IMG/VR virus record: IMGVR_UViG_3300045988_020466
Coordinates: 1 to 5,683 of that record
Origin: a virus
Reading direction: 5' to 3' (one strand)
DNA: 5,683 nucleotides
The notes below the pieces were generated by a model that was not told where the DNA came from, did not search any database, and saw only the letters and a program-made list of their open reading frames with translations. How positions within the stretch are numbered: the stretch's first letter is position 1; each line of letters starts with the position of its first letter. Shown here in pieces: positions 5,413 through 5,683 of this stretch. A program made the translations under genes and the position numbers.

Positions 5413-5683
5413 ACCGCAATGCTGAACAGCACTACTCTCAAGTTCCTCATGCAAACGTACCGCGAGCGAGATTCAAGCGAGACTACTCGCTGTTGACGAC
5501 CATGAACGAAGGAGACCTCGTCCCGATCTACTGTGATGAGGTGTTGCCGGCCGACACGGCAAAGATCAACCTGAACGCTCTGATGCGCATGAGCACACCG
5601 CTGTATCCGGTTATGGATAACTGTTACTGCGACTTCTACTTCTTCTTCATCCCGTCGCGTCTGCTCTGGGAACACTTCGAAAA
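5409..5683 (+). CDS. VP1: Major capsid protein VP1, N-terminal part, continuing at window position 1 through the circular junction (5629..5683 duplicates 1..55)
   Basis: ATG 5409 is preceded by an in-frame TAA at 5403-5405 and by RBS AAAGGAG 10 nt upstream. The translation MNRNAEQHYSQVPHANVPRARFKRDYSLL... is the canonical gokushovirus VP1 N-terminus, and the frame is continuous with 3..1370. Confidence 0.85.
   Translation, partial: MNRNAEQHYSQVPHANVPRARFKRDYSLLTTMNEGDLVPIYCDEVLPADTAKINLNALMRMSTPLYPVMDNCYCDFYFFFIPSRLLWEHFE

Noticed and set aside
4852-5454. 200-aa ORF on the minus strand, antisense to VP3/VP1. Similar ORFs occur at 630..1181 (-), 1608..2126 (-), 204..509 (-), 3767..4141 (-), 4363..4692 (-) and 5340..5675 (-).
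   Set aside because: All lie antisense to well-supported + strand genes in a virus family that codes on one strand. The products are Cys/Arg/Leu-rich and low-complexity, typical of antisense frames through GC-rich codons. None has a credible RBS.
1-5683. CRISPR arrays, tRNA or rRNA genes, transposase or integrase genes
   Set aside because: No spaced direct-repeat array, no cloverleaf-like conserved tRNA features, and no ORF with integrase or transposase motifs were seen. None is expected in a 5.6-kb microvirus.

Overview
The window holds one complete circular genome of a Gokushovirinae-like microvirus (Microviridae, ssDNA). Bases 5629..5683 repeat bases 1..55 exactly, so the genome is 5628 nt and the window is one unit plus a 55-nt wrap-around. 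All plausible genes are on the + strand and are tightly packed. The structural and morphogenesis module is GC-richer: a VP8-like small basic DNA-binding protein, VP5, VP3 internal scaffold, VP1 major capsid (5409..5628 joined to 1..1370 across the junction), and VP2 pilot protein. The replication and accessory block 2310..~4450 is visibly AT-richer. It carries the VP4 HUH rolling-circle replication initiator with the FTYDD, HYHAIVY and YTARYTTKK motifs. It also carries non-canonical content. (1) A 70-aa ribbon-helix-helix-like putative transcription factor has its own consensus sigma70 promoter. (2) A GTGTATAAT-type motif repeats at 13-bp spacing inside that promoter and inside a second, perfect-consensus promoter (TTGACA-17-TATAAT), which suggests an operator or iteron. 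(3) A moron-like monocistronic cassette (promoter, 60-aa charged helical protein, intrinsic terminator) sits between VP4 and the late genes. (4) An 18-bp perfect palindrome lies just upstream of VP4 and is a candidate origin or operator. (5) A 30-aa transmembrane peptide gene with a GTG start is translationally coupled to the VP8-like gene and is a candidate lysis or amurin-type gene. Antisense ORFs and alternate-frame ORFs are treated as spurious.
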